A stretch of 64,000 bases of DNA. Source: Podarcis melisellensis. Lineage: Eukaryota. Shown piece by piece: positions 48,372-63,639 of this stretch. How positions within the stretch are numbered: position 1 is the stretch's first letter; every line of letters begins with the position of its first letter. The notes below the pieces were generated by a model. It saw only the letters and a program-made list of their open reading frames with translations, was not told where the DNA came from and did not search any database. Location of the stretch: NCBI GenBank assembly GCA_964234715.1, contig OZ174290.1, one strand, 5' to 3'. Both the position numbers and the translations under genes were made by a program.

Positions 48372-50692
48372 TACTAAGTGGTCCCGCAATCCTCAAATCC
48401 ATCTGTAGGGACCTCTATCTTGGAACCTTTCCTAAACTGAAAGAGGAAAGGGATAAGAGAACACATGCAAAAAAGAGGGGGGGGAATAAATAAAAGACAT
48501 AAAGGAAGATTTCAGAGACAGGGGGAAAGAAATGACAGGATGTTTAAGCTACCAGCCTGTAGTAAATGACTTGGGCATTATAAAATTGCATTTGATGGCT
48601 CTTTCAGACAAGAATATTTGAAGTGCAGTGTTGGAGATTTTATGGAAGTTCTTGCAACTTGCAAGCCGTTATGTTGGCATTCATCTGTCTCAAGAGATAA
48701 TGGACTTCCAGGGCTCGGCAGCGTGTATGGAGATCCTGGGCTGCCCAGATGATAGGACCCCTCTCTCAGCCTCAGTAATGTGGTCCAGAGGAAAGGAAAT
48801 ACCGGTACATTTGGCACCAGTATGACCATTTATAATCATTCATACTGGCTTAGATGGCTAAACCAGTTGAGCATAGCCTAAAGTTGCCATATTCTGAAGA
48901 GCAAAAAGGAGCACGTGTATAGGTGGGCAGAGGGGGGAGGGAGAAAAATAGTTGTAATAGTGTGTGTGAAGTGAAAGATAAAAGGTGTATTGAAATATTT
49001 AATAATTGTAATAAAAAATGAAAATAAAGGTAAAAAATAAAAATGGGGTGATAATTAAAATATGTTAGTGAAAGTCTAAGAGGTGTCAGAAAAGTAGAGT
49101 AGAAAGAGAAAGGGAGATATAATTAAAAGAAGGGGATTCCACCCCCCCTTTCCCTGGAGAAAAGGGGGAAAAACCCAGTTTCTGTAATTTTAAGTGATGA
49201 TTGTATTACAGAAATCTAATACACTGGATCGATGCCCGTCTTTATTGAGATTGATGCTAATATTTTATTGTTGCAGCTGCACCGGAGTCTTTGGACAAAG
49301 GGCAGAATATCAGTTTTAAAAATAACTAACTGAACCACCCAGGATTTTGCTGCTAAGTTCTTCACACTCATTTACAAATAGCATCTTACTCTTGTCTTGA
49401 CAGCTATTCAAGTGTTAACATGCTGGAAAGTTTCAATCTGCCCTTTGGGCAACTGAAATTCAGGACATTTTCACAAGAGAATGCACAAAGGCAGATAGCT
49501 CACCTAAAACACACACACATACAGTGCTCTTTTTCTAAAAAACAAACAAACATTTAGGGGTACATTTTCCTGCTTATATTGAAATATTGCCCCTCAATGA
49601 GGCCAAACTTAGATTCACAAAATGTTTAGCAGTATGCATACCCCTGCATCCCCCCAGAAAAACCACTGTACATATATATCTGAAAGTTCTGTCAACTGTT
49701 GCTTTTTATGCCATTAGCAGATTTGCCTTTCTAAACTCTTTAATCTCTAATCTCTTTATTAGACTCTCTCCATTTGTGCTTTAAACAAAGAAAAAAACAG
49801 ATCACTGAAGCTCCATCTCTCATCAGTTACAGGAAACACAATCTATGGTAACAGAATCATTTTTAAAAATGGCTTATAGAATTGTGCCATTTATAGTGTA
49901 GTGTGTGTGTGTCTGAAACTTATACGTTTTCCAAGGAAAGATTGAGATTTTCTAATTCAGGGATGGGGAACCACATTGGGCAAAAGAAGTGTTCGAAACT
50001 CCCATTGTTCTAGGTGCATTTTGGGACAGGGAATTTCATCAGCGAGAGCAGTTTCTGAGCACTGAGCGCAGTACTGCAGCGAAGATTTCAGCTTAAAACT
50101 GCAGTGGAAGGAAAGGAGGACATTTTTCTGTCTCCCCAACTTCCAGCTACTCTCTGGAGACTGAAGAAGAGACCCTCTTAAGAATATTAGGGGGGTGGGC
50201 AGGGGAAGGACTAGACCATGTGAAAAATGAACATAATATTTTAGTTGAGTTCATTCATTTTCTTTGTTTTCCTGTTCTATAAAAAAAAGTGCGCCCAGAC
50301 ATTGCGTTGTTGCGCCCATAACCTAGGTTTAAGGTGACATTTACTGTGGCTCTTAGCTTTCATATCTCTGTTTCTAACAAAGGGCAAGATATTCCTGCAT
50401 TGCATAGACGACTCTCATGATCCCTTCCAACTTAACAATTCTATGATCTACTATCTATGATCCTGTTACCCTCCAGATTCTGACAGACTACACCTCTCAC
50501 AATTCCCAAGCACTGGCCTGGGCTGATGGGAACTGTAGTTCACAGCATCTGGAGGGCACCAATTTAGAAAAGGCTCTTATGTGTTCTTTGACAGCATATG
50601 ATTAGCGCAGGCGCTCATTGGATTGGATAGTTTGTGCAACATTACTAATAATGGGAAACCATTTCCTCCAAAGCTTAGAGCAATTGTAAAGT

Positions 50693-50706
50693 TTTATTTC
50701 TTTATT
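50693..50706 (-). terminator. Probable EIF4EBP1 polyadenylation signals (tandem AATAAA)
   Basis: tttatt on the plus strand at 50693-50698 and 50701-50706, about 950 nt downstream of the stop codon. Confidence 0.5.
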
Positions 50707-51646
50707 TTTAAAGTACAGTGAATAATGTGTACAGATTTCCATGAATGGGTATGCAGCCCTTTAAAAAGTAAGAAAGATAGCAGGCTACCCACTTTCCCAC
50801 AGCAATACTTTCTCATTTCAATAGTTTTTGAAAATCCACCTCTCTTTGAAGCGACTGATCCTGCCCTCTCCAACACATTCAGGATTATTTTTTTCAAAAG
50901 AAGTGTTTCTACCAGAGTGAAATTGACCAGAACCTGCTGATAATGCCTAATTAATTTCAGCATGCCATTAATTTGTATGGTACTAGGAAAAACTGCTACA
51001 GATAAGACAACAGGAAAACCGATTTAACAAGCATGGCTCTCTCTTTTTCCACTCTATTTGTAGAAGTTTATCAAGATACCAGTGCTGGACTGGTGCTTGT
51101 GCTGCAAAAAAGCTTAAGGCAGAATGTTGTTCTGTCAATTTACAGAAACAACTAATTTCCGTTGATCTCATTTCTTGTGAACAGTGATGAGATAACATTT
51201 GTAGAGCACGTTGCATAGACAAGTGATGTGATTGGAAGAATGACCCACCACTGTATTAATCCCCTAGATCCGGCATAATTTTATATCTGTCCTTGCATCC
51301 AGTGCCTTGCTTAGCAGCACAGACATTCACGAACAAAGGCACTGGAACTCAAGGGCCAGAATTGCACAGAGCGTTCCACCTCTCCATGCCAATGCTCCTC
51401 CTTGGCCACCTTCCCACCACCAACACAGAGAGGCTCTGCCAAGTGTTTTCAGTCCCTATGTAACAGGAAATCTCCTCTTCCTCCCAGAAAAGTAGTAATA
51501 ATTAATGGACCTTCCATCTTGGAAAGCTTTGCAAAGCGTGGGCTATTCTACGAGCCCCACTTGTTTTGGAAGCATCACCGATTTCGCGTCTTCACTGGAA
51601 AAGTGTGTCTATCTATATGCATAGATATATTTCAGGGGGCAGGTTT

Positions 51647-51678
51647 TCAGATATCCATGTCAAACTGGGCTTCCTCAC
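51647..51678 (-). CDS. EIF4EBP1: EIF4EBP1 exon 3 (GEEAQFDMDI*)
   Basis: TOS motif FDMDI then TGA; tttgcag| acceptor. Confidence 0.93.
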
Positions 51679-52502
51679 CTGCAAAAGAAAAAGAAATTGC
51701 TGATGAATTCCAAGTTTTGCATATATTAACTTGATGTTGCCTACTGCTTAAGTGTCCAAAGATTTAAGGCACCTAGTTCTGGACACAATGTGTTCCTTGA
51801 GACAGCTGGAAAAAGCAATGACTTCAAAGGTTGGCAGCCTTTAATCCATTTAATATTTTCAGCGTGACTATGAACAAACAAATGGCATTGCCACCTTTGA
51901 TAAGGATGGTCAGGTGGTAGAAAAAGTTTTCAATGTTCTTTGCCTGCCAGCGGAGAACAATGTGTTCTCTCAAAAGCTGATATTCATTTGGCTTGAGCAA
52001 TGTTGTGCTATGGAAAGCAACCTTGCGAGGTACCCTTAACCTTTGCATTTCCAGGCAGCTTTACCAGTTCTCATCTCGATGTGCTGGACTACAGCTTCTC
52101 TTCATCCCTGACTGTTGGTCCTGCTTGCCTGGGATAATGGGAGTTGTAGTGTAACAATTCCTAGAATGTACCGCATTTGCTACCCCTGCTCTCACACATT
52201 TTAACACCTCTATCTCATTTTAATGCACAGTTTGAGAACCACTTGGCTCACTCAACACAGTCCACTGACCACATATTTGGGGCCTCCACTGGAGCTCTGA
52301 GAACTTTGCACTTGCCCTTGGATTCCAGGTGCTGACCCAGGCCTGGGTCTCCCTTATTCTCTTATTTTGCAATCCTAGGCAGGCAACAACACACAGGGTT
52401 TATGGCGCTCCTGATGGACCACCATAACCGGCTGCTGGGTAAGATCAGTGCAACCTGTGACTAAAATGATGGCACTTTATGACACAGCAACAGATCACTC
52501 AC

Positions 52503-52676
52503 CTAAGCCTGGTTGCTTCTCCTCCTCAGCGTGGATGAGATTGGTCTCGGTCCCAAGGATTTCGACAGCTGGGCTTGTAACACCTGGAATGTCTGGAAGG
52601 TCACAAGGTGGTGTTTTGGCAACTGGAGAATTCCGACACTCCATTAAAAATTTGCGGTCATATATAATGCGTGTAC
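52503..52676 (-). CDS. EIF4EBP1: EIF4EBP1 exon 2 ([24 protein letters not shown]...)
   Basis: eIF4E-binding motif YxxxxLphi; S65/T70-equivalent sites; ctag| acceptor and |GTGAGT donor. Confidence 0.96.
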
Positions 52677-55600
52677 CTAGGAAAGAGAGACAACCACAAA
52701 TCACTGCTTTCATCCCAGGGAGGAGGTAAGGAAGGACTTTTTGGTGTGTTCATCACCCAAGTCCTATAGGCTATACTACACTCTTGCATTTCACGGCATA
52801 AGGTTTGCACACTCTCTAAAGCACCTATTTTGGCCTACCAAGTTCAAAACCATTGCTTATTACCAAGTATGGGCATTAATAATATAGTAAAAAAAAAATA
52901 TTTATATCCCGTCCTCCCCAGCTGAAGCCAGGCTCAGAGCGGCTAACAACAATAAAAGTAACACAACACTCTAAAATCAATTCATTTTAAAATCAATTCA
53001 AAATCAATTACAGGGAACTGTGGTTAATTTAAAACCGGAAGGAGAGGAGGAGAGGGGTGGGGAACCTTTTTCAGAAGGATGGCCACTTTCCCTTCTGGGG
53101 GCCTCTGATCCAGAGGTAAAAGTGCGCAGAACAACAAATGGAAAATATACCTTTGTACAGTATGTTAGTTTCTACACAAACTCTATTCAAGCTGGCATGG
53201 GGCATTATCAGAGTTCTGTCTTCACCCTTTGACAGCTTAGTGGCATTTAACAGAGGGGTCAGTTGCCAATGTGAAGTCATGATTTGAGTTAAAAATTGAA
53301 TAAATATATCCAATAAGTTGGCTGATTCGTATGATGTGAATGGGATCTTTCCCCCATCCCTGACACAAATGCAATTAAATGTTTATCTTCTGCCATGTGG
53401 TAGAGATGGCAGTTGCTTCCAGAGAGAATTAAAAGGAAGCATATCTATAAACAGCAGCCAAATCTCAAAACGTGTACTCAGGATTGGATGGAAGAAAGCC
53501 AAATACAGTTTTAAAGAACAAAACACACTCTCCAAAAGCCACCGTCTGTCAATGAAATCTTGTTTCTGGATTGACTGTCAATACCTAGCAACAGTTGGTG
53601 CAACAATTGTAAGTGTGAGCCTTGAAGAGCCCAATTCAAGTCTCACTTTGGTCCTAGCTACACTCCAAATAAGCGAATAAGCGACAGGCAGGAGTTGAAG
53701 CAATTGGAGCAGGGGAAACTCAGCGTCTTTTCTTCCCTCTCGCTTCTCCATTCAAAAATCACCCCCCCCCCACTGAAGCAGCTTTCCCCTTTACTAAAAT
53801 AATAAAAAAGATCACCAGGGTTTTATTACACAAATTTGCATTCAACGTGCCAGAAATGCTCTCAGCCAGAAACCTACTCAGTGGACTTTAGGCAAACTGC
53901 CACCTGCTCCTCTTGTGAACTGCAGGCTGTGAGAGCCAAGAATTTTAGACTATTAAGGGGGTGCAACCCTCCAAAAACTGAGGCCTGAGTGTGCTCAGTA
54001 GCTATGGAATGTTGACAGTCAGCTGGAGAAGAAAAACAGAGAAGTGGGATAGAGACTGGCTACCCTGAACATTCCATTTGGGGATAAGGATAAGGAAGTA
54101 AGGGAAGCCCTGCTGGATCGGACAAAGGCCCATCTAGTTCCACATCCTGTTCTCAGTGGTCAAACAGATGCCCATGGCAAGCAGGACATACAATAAGTGA
54201 TAGGATATAATGCAATGCTTTGTGGCAGGTCTCACTTGCCAGGAAAATACTGCCGTACTTTGCAGAGCTGTTGCAAGGATTATTGATGTAATGAACACAA
54301 AGTGCTCTGAACATTATAAAGCACCATGTGTCTGCTTTAGCCTGCTCAAAGCATAGTGTGTGGGCTAGGTCCTGGGAGAGCTGGGTTCAAAAGCCAATTC
54401 AGCCATGAAGATCAGTGGATCTCAGCCTAACTAACCTCAAAGGGCTGTTGTGAGCATGAAATGGGAGCTGAACCTTGTAGTCCATTTGGAAGAAAGGAGG
54501 CCTATAAATGTCACTTCTGCAATTCACTGAGCTGAGTGAAACAGACCTCTTCAAACAAAACAGAGGCTCTATGTGTACGTGTGGTGAGGAAAGGCTTTTC
54601 GAAACTCAGCATGGAGGAACTGGTGCTAAACAATCTTCCAACTCAGTAGCAGTATTTCGAAATCTGGCTACTATCCGCAGATCACGGGCAGAGTCACCAG
54701 TTTAGACTACGCCCCACATTAAACAGCCGTTAATCAAGGTCCTGGAGCCAAGCCCTGTCAGTTATTACAGCTGCCAGCCGTTGGAACACTTGCAGAACAA
54801 CACCAGTTTTCCTAGAAGTGTTGTCAGTGTACCAGTTACCGCAGGGACATTTCATAACGGGTTCACTGGAGGACTCCATCCCTGAGTTTACAGTCAAGTC
54901 ACATATCTAAAGATCCAGTATGCTAAAGCAAACACGGGACAGGGAGCACAACAGGCTTGTGCCATTATACAAATGGGACTGGCAGAAGTTGTGTTTTGCC
55001 ATGTCTGAATGTTTTCATTTTTGAAGTGGTCAAAAGCACCCCTCCCATTTAGCCCATTAAGTTTTCAGCTGTTTTCTAGGGCCAAATTCCACTGGGCATA
55101 CCTGGTGGGATTTTTGACCTTTCCCCTTTGAACAACAGCTGCCACATTGGTGCATTATATGTACACCTAAAACAAAACTTTTACTTCTTTAAAACTGTTT
55201 TCATTGTTATGTGCAAATTTATATAGTTTTAATTGCTCAAATAAACCCCCACATATAATTTACTAGGATTTTTAAAAAAAACAGTGTCCAAAAGCCATTC
55301 AAACGATCTGCTTTGTGACTCTTGTATGTTCCTAGGGCATAATGATGCTTGTGTGCCATGATTTAAAGTCAGAAACTCTCACAGTGGTCCTCTGAATGTT
55401 ACTGGACTCCAACTCCCATGAGACCCAGCCATCCTCCCTGACTGCTGGCCACGGTGACTGGGTCTCATGAGAGCTAGAATCCGAGAACATCTGGAAAATC
55501 ACAGGCTCCCCATCACTGATTGACATTTTTTAAGGATTTTACACTGATTGTACCATGGCTTTCCCAACCTGGTCCCCCCCAGATGTCCCAGACGACAACT

Positions 55601-58304
55601 CACAAGGTGCTGGAGGGCTCCAGACTGGAAAAGCTGATCTACGAGATCTTGACCTGACCCAATGGCCTTCTCAAACACAGCAAGCACTGGGGGCCTATTT
55701 CCATCAGCACTCTGCGGTGTCAGTGGGGAAAACACTTGTCCATTTCAACACCCCCTTTGCTACTTCAGCCCAAGAACAGGCAGTCATGCACACCCATCAC
55801 CATGCCCAGTTTTTAGCCTTTCACCCTGTATGCTGTTTTTCAAGCATTTGTGACCGATTGGCAAAAGCTGAACCTGCCCTTTCCCAGAGACCGCCATGTG
55901 CTGAGATTCTGCTCTGAGGCGGCACGTCATTCAGTTACCACTTATGCAGGAACACCTTCGATGCTGGCAAGCCTCTCAACAGCAATCCGAGACAGTTAAA
56001 AACAAGCCACGAATAGGACCGTCAGCCACTTACTTGTTGCTCAGCAGCAGTAAGATTTATTTTGGACTTTTGATGGGCCAAGGCCTGTTGATGTGCAACA
56101 CATCTGCAGAGCTGGGGGGTCACAGAGGTAACTAAAGCTATGGAATCTAAAAGCTGCATTGGCAGGACATTGCCACGGCATTACTTTACACCAGGCATGT
56201 TCAAAGTCTGTTTCAGGGGCCTAATCCGGCCTGCTGGTTGGTGTAATCCAGCCTCGTGGCAGATAATTTCCTGGGGTAAAATCCTAAAAAAACTTCAACA
56301 GCTTCAACCCTAAAAAAGGACAACGACTTTGGTTGGCCCTTCAAAACTGGCCCTCTTTGAAGAACGTTTGGACACTTTACACGAACCAGAATTAAATGTG
56401 CTCCCTGACATACCAAGAGAGCCACGTACTTAGGTCAGCTTCTTGTTCTCACTTCCCCATACTGAGCTCTGCCGCAATCGACAAACAACAGTTTTGATCA
56501 GGTCAGCTGTTCTGTTTGTCCCTCTCAGTTATCTCTCCCACTCTCTCTAAGCCTCGGTTAGAAAGTCAAAGGTCAGAGCTGTTGACGCCAGCGTAACTAA
56601 ACCCCTTTCTCTGTCCAGGTTACAATTTAGAGGAGTGAGAAAAGTGTTGGTCAAGGTGACATTTCTGGGCTTGGCTGTAGACTTGCAAGCAACTCAACAG
56701 ATGCACTATGGCCAGCCACACTCCACTTCCCAATTTATATTTGCAGTTCCCCTACACAACAGTGGGGTGTGTGTGGAAGAAAGGGCTGTTGCTAGACTCC
56801 CATCATCCCTGACCAGTGACCATGCTAGTTGGGGTTGATCAGGGTTGGAGTGTAACATCTTCCCCACCCTTGCAGCAGATGAGAACGTTCTAAACTTTTC
56901 ACGTTGGCATGCATCATTTTGCAACATGGTAATTCAGTTCTATTAGCAAACAGGAGGTTAAACTAACCCCTTTCCAGCCCTGGGAGGAGCACGGGGAATA
57001 TTCACGTGACACACAGTTTGGAAAGCTCTGCAGTACACCATCACCTCTCCTCTCCTTCCCAGCAAAGCTTTCAGGTGAATTCTGCCTTTCCCGCGCTTAC
57101 TCCCCAACAGCACAGCTAACAAAGGAAACAAGCAGCATTCACATAAACACACACTTTTAGATTTAACGGTTTCTGGCCATATTCTAGGAAGGGTCCAGGT
57201 GCTGGTTTGCTGGGTTTAGATCTAATGGCAGACTACCATTTGCCACCAAGTCGAAAGCAAATCATGCAAAGGGAATAGGGAGAAAAGTGTGTAATCTATC
57301 CCAGGGTTTTCCCACCCAATGCCAAGCCATGCCTTGGCATAAGACTTTGAGAACCTCAGTTTTAGAACCAGAGCTTGCATGTAGGTTTGATTTTATGCCT
57401 AGTTCCTATTCCTTGAGAATAACAACTGCAAACCTTCCTCCAAGAAGCAACTCATTGTATTGTATTATTTTAATTTTTTAATTTTAATTTTTTTTACAAG
57501 GTTGTTATTGTACTTCACAAGATCTTAACCTATTACACTATTTGTAAGAATGGATTCCGAATATCATTCAATTTGTCCATGGCAAGTCTGCGTTTATATG
57601 CAAATTGTTCATACGTTGCGAGTTTGTATAAGTCTTCAATCCAATCGTAGAAGGGAAACACATTCCCCCCCTAATTCATCAGTATCAGTCTTTTTGCTGT
57701 GGTAAGGGCACATACTGTACTCTATTATTTTAATTTAATACCAGCTCTTTACCCTCAGATCCCAGGACGAGTTACAACAATTTAAAATACAACAATAAAC
57801 ACAGTTAAAAAAACCTATAATTGCAAAAGCTATTAGGGCCAAGCAAGAGACTACTAGGGTAACTCTCATCTACTTTCACAGTACATATTATTCAGCAAAA
57901 CTCATTTTACCCTCTAGTCAATGCCTCAGATCAGTAGCCAGCTGCCAAACTAAATCTTCACACAAGATGGCAAAGCTCAGTTTGTATGCAAAACTATGCG
58001 TGAATGAGCAAGTGTTGTGGCCATACAGAGCAAAAATCCCAGCCGCTCCTCTTCTGGTCCTGCTGCTGCTGTGCTGCCTGGAGCAAAACGATGGCTTGGC
58101 TTAGCATTATGTGCAAACTCAGGCTCATGGTGTGTTTTCCACAAATAAACCATGTGCAGTTAGCAAGGAACAATTCTTGGCTGCAGCTCATGGTTGGTTT
58201 GGAGAAAGGCAAACTACAAGCCCAGGTTCACGTGCAATGTTAAGTCAACCATGGCTTAGTGCTGCTGTTTGTGGCAAACTAGGATGTAGAACGCTTTTGA
58301 AGTA

Positions 58305-58517
58305 CAGTGCTACCTCCAATTATGAACTTAATTAGTTCCGGAGGTCCGTTCTTAACCTGAGGCACGCTTTCGCTAATGGGGCCTTGCGCTACTGGCACGC
58401 GACTTCTGCTCGCATCCTGGAGCAAAGTTCGCTACCAGGAGACCTGCTTCCAGATTAGCGGAGCTCGTTACCTGAAGTGTTCGTAAGGAGGATGGTACGT
58501 AACCTGAGGTTCCACTG
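58305..58517. mobile_element. Tc1/mariner-type MITE
   Basis: TA|CAGTG...CCACTG|TA; homologous to the 16826 copy. Confidence 0.72.
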
Positions 58518-58565
58518 TAGCCAGAAGAGCAGTTTTGACCTTGCTGGATGTGCCAAAAACATTTA

Positions 58566-58770
58566 CAGTTGTACCTTGGATCCTGAACACCCTGGAACTT
58601 GGATGTTCTGGCTTCCAAATGTACCAAACCTGGAAGTGATTGTTCCAGTTTGTGAACGTTCTTTTGGAAACCAAACATTTGATGGGGCTTCCGTGACTTT
58701 GGTTTTCGAACATTTTGGAAGTCGAATGGACTTCTGGAATGGTTCCCGTTCGACTTCCAAGGTACGACTG
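58566..58770. mobile_element. Tc1/mariner-type MITE
   Basis: TIRs CAGTTGTACCTTGGA / TCCAAGGTACGACTG; related to the 3213 and 44627 copies. Confidence 0.7.
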
Positions 58771-61700
58771 CATTGCCTTCTGCCTCCAGGCTTCTAAATA
58801 ACCATAAACCTGGTCAGCTGAAGTGAGTAAGAGTCACGTCCAGGCAACCAAGATGGATAGCCTTTGTATATAGCAATTTCCAAAGTGCTTTCCATGATGG
58901 AATCCACAGTGCATGAAGCAACTGAGTTTCTCATAGACAGAAGACAGCATTGTCGCCATCTGCTGAAATACAGCTGAGCTGCTAATGATGCAAGCCTACG
59001 CAAAATTGCTACAGAGCGAGTGCCATTGAACTTACTGTGCTAGACGAATATGGGAAGGATTACACTACAAGAAAATGACAGATTTGTGCAGAAAGGCTGC
59101 AGAGTTATTAACTTTAAAGACTAGTTAAGTTCAAGTCAAATACTTAAATAAAAAATGAAACAATTGTGCATTTAGTCTCAAATAATAATAATACGCAGAG
59201 CACTGATTAAATCAAGAGCATACTTCATGACCTCAGCACAACCACTGGGCATCTTATCTAACCTGACACTATAAAAGATAGACAAAAATAATTTGGTACT
59301 AACGTGAAGTATCTGTCACTTAACAGCAGCCATTCTATCAGGCTGAGGGAGAGAAAGGAAGCAGAACTATCCCATATGGTCTTCGGAGACACTAGATGCC
59401 TTTGGCTCTCCCTCAACTCTTACCTTGCAGCAGGTGTACCAGCAGGTACCTGAATTGTTTCTATGGCAACTAATTGTTCTAAGAACCCTCCAACTTTAAA
59501 AACTAGTGCCTGAGTTTACTTTCTACTTTTCCCTCCCCCCCATTCCTTCTGCCTTTTTGTTGTGTTTTTCAGACACCAAACACAAGGGCAGAGACTGTCC
59601 TGTTTTTTATTGACCCATAAGCCACTCTGTGAGGATTTTCTGCAGAAAAACAGGGGGAAAAGGCTTTAAATAAAGTAAAATTATAGTGGTGCAGTAAAAT
59701 ATTCTAGGTTCTAGGACTTCTGATTCTGAGCAGAGAACCCAAGGCTCTCTCTTCAGGTTTCTACTAATTAGCAGATAGCAATAACTTTTTAAGTATGTTT
59801 AATTCCCAGCTGACAAACTCCAGAATAGCCATGCATTTTGTAGCACCTAAAACGGGCACCCCCAAACTTGGCCCTCCAGATGTTTTGGGACTACAACTCC
59901 CATCATCCCTAGCTAACAGGACCAGTGGTCAGGGATGATGGGAATTGTAGTTCCAAAACATCTGGAGGGCCGAGTTTGGGGATGCCTGACCTAAAGAGTA
60001 ACAGATGCATAAGGTCATTATGGCATAAGATTATGTCCAATACAGGCCACTTAGTCAAATACATGAAGCATCACCTGCTCTGAATTTGCATATATTTGAA
60101 TTTTGCATAGAAATGTCACGAACTGTACCCGTATCTCATATTTTTTGACCCTGTGCTTACTATTTTCCCCCTCTATGCCTAAGAGGAGTGTACAAATATA
60201 CAGCTTACAAACCAAGGGATGCCTCTGACAAAGTGGTCTCTACTATGACACAACAATGGCTTCTGGTCCACAACAACCTTTCAATCTAGAGCAACAAGAC
60301 TGTTTAAAACACATTTCCAACAAGTTAAATACTGTAAGCAATGCTAACACCCAAGAAGTTTATGCACAGTCTGGAGCCTTCCACGAACCGTCACGGAAGC
60401 TTTTACACTGCTCACTAAGCAAACCACTTCTGTTCTTTGCAAGATACCTGCTCCATTGTATTTGTGCACTGCTACATGCTACAAAACAGTTAATGTTATG
60501 AAGCAGTCTGGGTGGCTGCCAAGGAATCATGCTTCACACAAAAACAAACAAAGCCAGGCATGCCTCTTCCACGCCCCATGTCCCTGGTGTGCAGATTCAG
60601 CTTGCTGATTCTTGCAAGGCCACGGCACCTGTGCATATCTCACACCAATCCTTGACCTGTGTGCTTAGCAGGTGTGGGGCAACCAAACTTGGGTGTACCA
60701 TACTGTATTTTCTCAGGCATTGCTTCCCGCCAGGAGCTAAAGCAGGGATAGGGAACATGTGGCTGTCCATGTTGGCCTACAACTCCCATCATTCCTGTCT
60801 GTTGGCCCCTCTGGCTGGGACTGATGGGAGCTGGGGTCCAACAACATCTTGAGAGCCACAAGTTCTCTATGAGCTATAGCAGGGTTTCCCAAATTTGGGT
60901 TTTCAGCTGTTTTCGGACTCCAGTGCCCACCATCTCTAGCTAGCAGGAGCAATGGTTAGGGATAATTGGGAACTGTAGTCCAAAACACTGCTGGGGACCC
61001 AAGTTTGGGAAACCCTGAACTACAAGGCTGCACGACGCTTCACCAGTTGATCACATTTTCACGAGGCTACTCTAGCTACTTTACCCTATGGCCTTCAACT
61101 ACTCATATCAACAGCAAGACTTTCAGACAGAAAGGGCCATGCCAAAAGAATTAAATTTTGCCTTTGCATGTCTGCCACAGTAGTTTAACTCGGTTCAAAC
61201 AATCTATTAAAAAAGCAGCAATTGCTTTTAGTTGACAACAGCATACAGATTTTAAAGCCTGGCAACATTTCTGCATGGGGAACCAGAGACGTTTGCACAC
61301 AGATGGATATTAGTCAAATAAAAGAAATTACTAGCATTCCTCAGCACGGCTCGTTCTCTTGGACTGATATAACAATAAAGCTACTGAACAGTTTTTATTC
61401 AAAAACAATTAGAATTACTACATCGGCGCTTATAACAGAATGTTCTCCACACTGGAAGGATCTCTGTATTTTTTATTTCCAGTAATTTATGAACAGGTAT
61501 TGCTGTGGACATTTGCTCAGCAATGTTAATAAATTGGAAGGGGCAATGGACTGAAGGCTGCTCATTATCTTTTATTCTTATCATTCTGGGGAGGTTTCGG
61601 CAGCCTTTGATTAAACCATTGTACACAGATAAACTCTGGAAAAAGTTATACACATGACAGCTTAGAGGACTGTGGCCGTCCTTTATGCAGGCAAACATAA

Positions 61701-63639
61701 TTTGCTGTTCACACTTTTGTATGCTGTTTTATAAACTGGAATTTAAGTCCTCTGCACTGTGCTAGGCGACTTAAGGCTGGCGTTCTAACCACGTCTACTC
61801 AGAAGTAAGTTCCATTGAATTCCACAGGTATTCCATGGTAATATTAGGATTGCAGCCTAAGCAAACAAACAAACAAACTTGAGCCTCCAGGACTGCTCTC
61901 CGCTAATGCCAATATAATCATTTAATATCAACTGTCTCATGCCTGACAGAAAGCAACAGCTTTTTTTCTGACAGACCCGTATACATAATTCCACAAATCA
62001 TGCCCTGCTCAGCCATCACCCAATTCCAGAAAGTCACATTCTTTGCAAGAGATTTACTACTGTCTGACATAACAGTAAACACAGAGAAGGCAGAAACAGT
62101 CTTTAACTGAATCATAGTGCTGGTTCAGACAAAAATGTGCTGCCTCAGCTGTTGCATCCTTATTATTTCGAGATGTAGCCTCTTCTACTTTCAGTACATG
62201 GTCTTGAGCAAAATGCAACACAATGCCAAATGATGTGCCCTGTGTTCAAGCATTTTCACCGCTGCCTTAAGTCATTCCAAGTTAAATTCCGCACCTAAGT
62301 GCATTTCCTAGCATCTAAGAAATTCACTACTTTGTTCTCAAAATCAGGGTTGGCAAAAAGCCTAATAATTTGCATGGAGTGCTGCATGACCCTTGTAAAT
62401 TGAGAGTCGCCTGAACTACGCACATGATTCCTAGCCCAAATACTTCCAAAGAACAAATATGTTCCACTCTCGCATTCTCCGGCAGTCCCTCCCCACTCCC
62501 CAACTTCGGGGTACCCATTCTCTGGCCCTAAACACAAAGCCTCTTTGAAGGCATGCTGCAACCAGGCTTAATCTGCACCGTTTGCAATCAGTTGTTTTGG
62601 CTTCAGCCATTTGTGCAGTTTCCTGCACTGAAGCCAAGGACAGAGAGCTTTTAAACCAAAGACTTGTTTCACAGCATAAAGACAAAACATTTCTCCACAC
62701 AATGAAGATCATTTCTGATGTTTTAGGCTTGCTCTCTTGTGTTAGGTAATTAGTTCCACTACCTCAAATTAACAGAATTATACACTATCTTCCCCTGCCC
62801 ACCTTCCAAACTCAGTATGTATCCCTAATTGGTTATTATCATTCTAAAACAGGCAGTATCATGACTCAAGCCTGACCATAACTACTGCCCCTTTCCCCAA
62901 AATCCCCATACCCCAGGACTCCCCATGCACTGTTGGCACGAAGTGGCAGTTCATCGTTACAGGCAATGCTTGATTTCCAATAGGAAAATGCCACATGTGT
63001 GTGTAATCTTAGCAAAAGGACAACAGCATATTCAATCATTTCTCCCCACATAAGGAACAGTTTGGCCCTTAGTGCTGTGGTTAAGGCAGCACTCTGAATT
63101 CCATGGCTTTTACATTCTTTGGCTCCCTATATACAGTACTCACTGGCCAATCTGTTAACGGAGAATCACACTCCATGCATCTGACTAAGTGACCAAGGAA
63201 ATCTTGTCTCCCTCTTTCTCTCCCCCCCCCCCGAATATTACTTATGTGGTATTACAAAGAGGGGGATGAACCAGGTCTGGCTCAAGTTCACCCTCATATT
63301 ATCCACACCTATTCTCCAGTTCTTTCCCAGGAACAGACCCTGCCCCTCCGAGGATGCCCTGGGGATCCCAGGGCTTATTGCAAAAGGGATGTGGAGTGGC
63401 AGGGGAGCCTCGGCCCCCAATCCTTTCCCACCACCCCACTTCCCTCAAGAGCTCACACTGGTAAGGGATGCTCAGAGGTGTACCCACCCGCAGCTGTCAC
63501 TCTGCACATGTTTAGAGGCACTACTAGAGCTTGGTCTGAAGGGGGACCGCCACACCGAGCCCTCCCTGGGAACGAGACTCTGCACATGCCCAGAGGCACT
63601 CCAGAGCTGCTTCCCACTGGAAGTGAGGGGGTGGGCGGA

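Noticed and set aside
51647-52676. EIF4EBP2 identity, suggested by AQF in the last exon
   Set aside because: [13 protein letters not shown] and linkage to ASH2L indicate EIF4EBP1.
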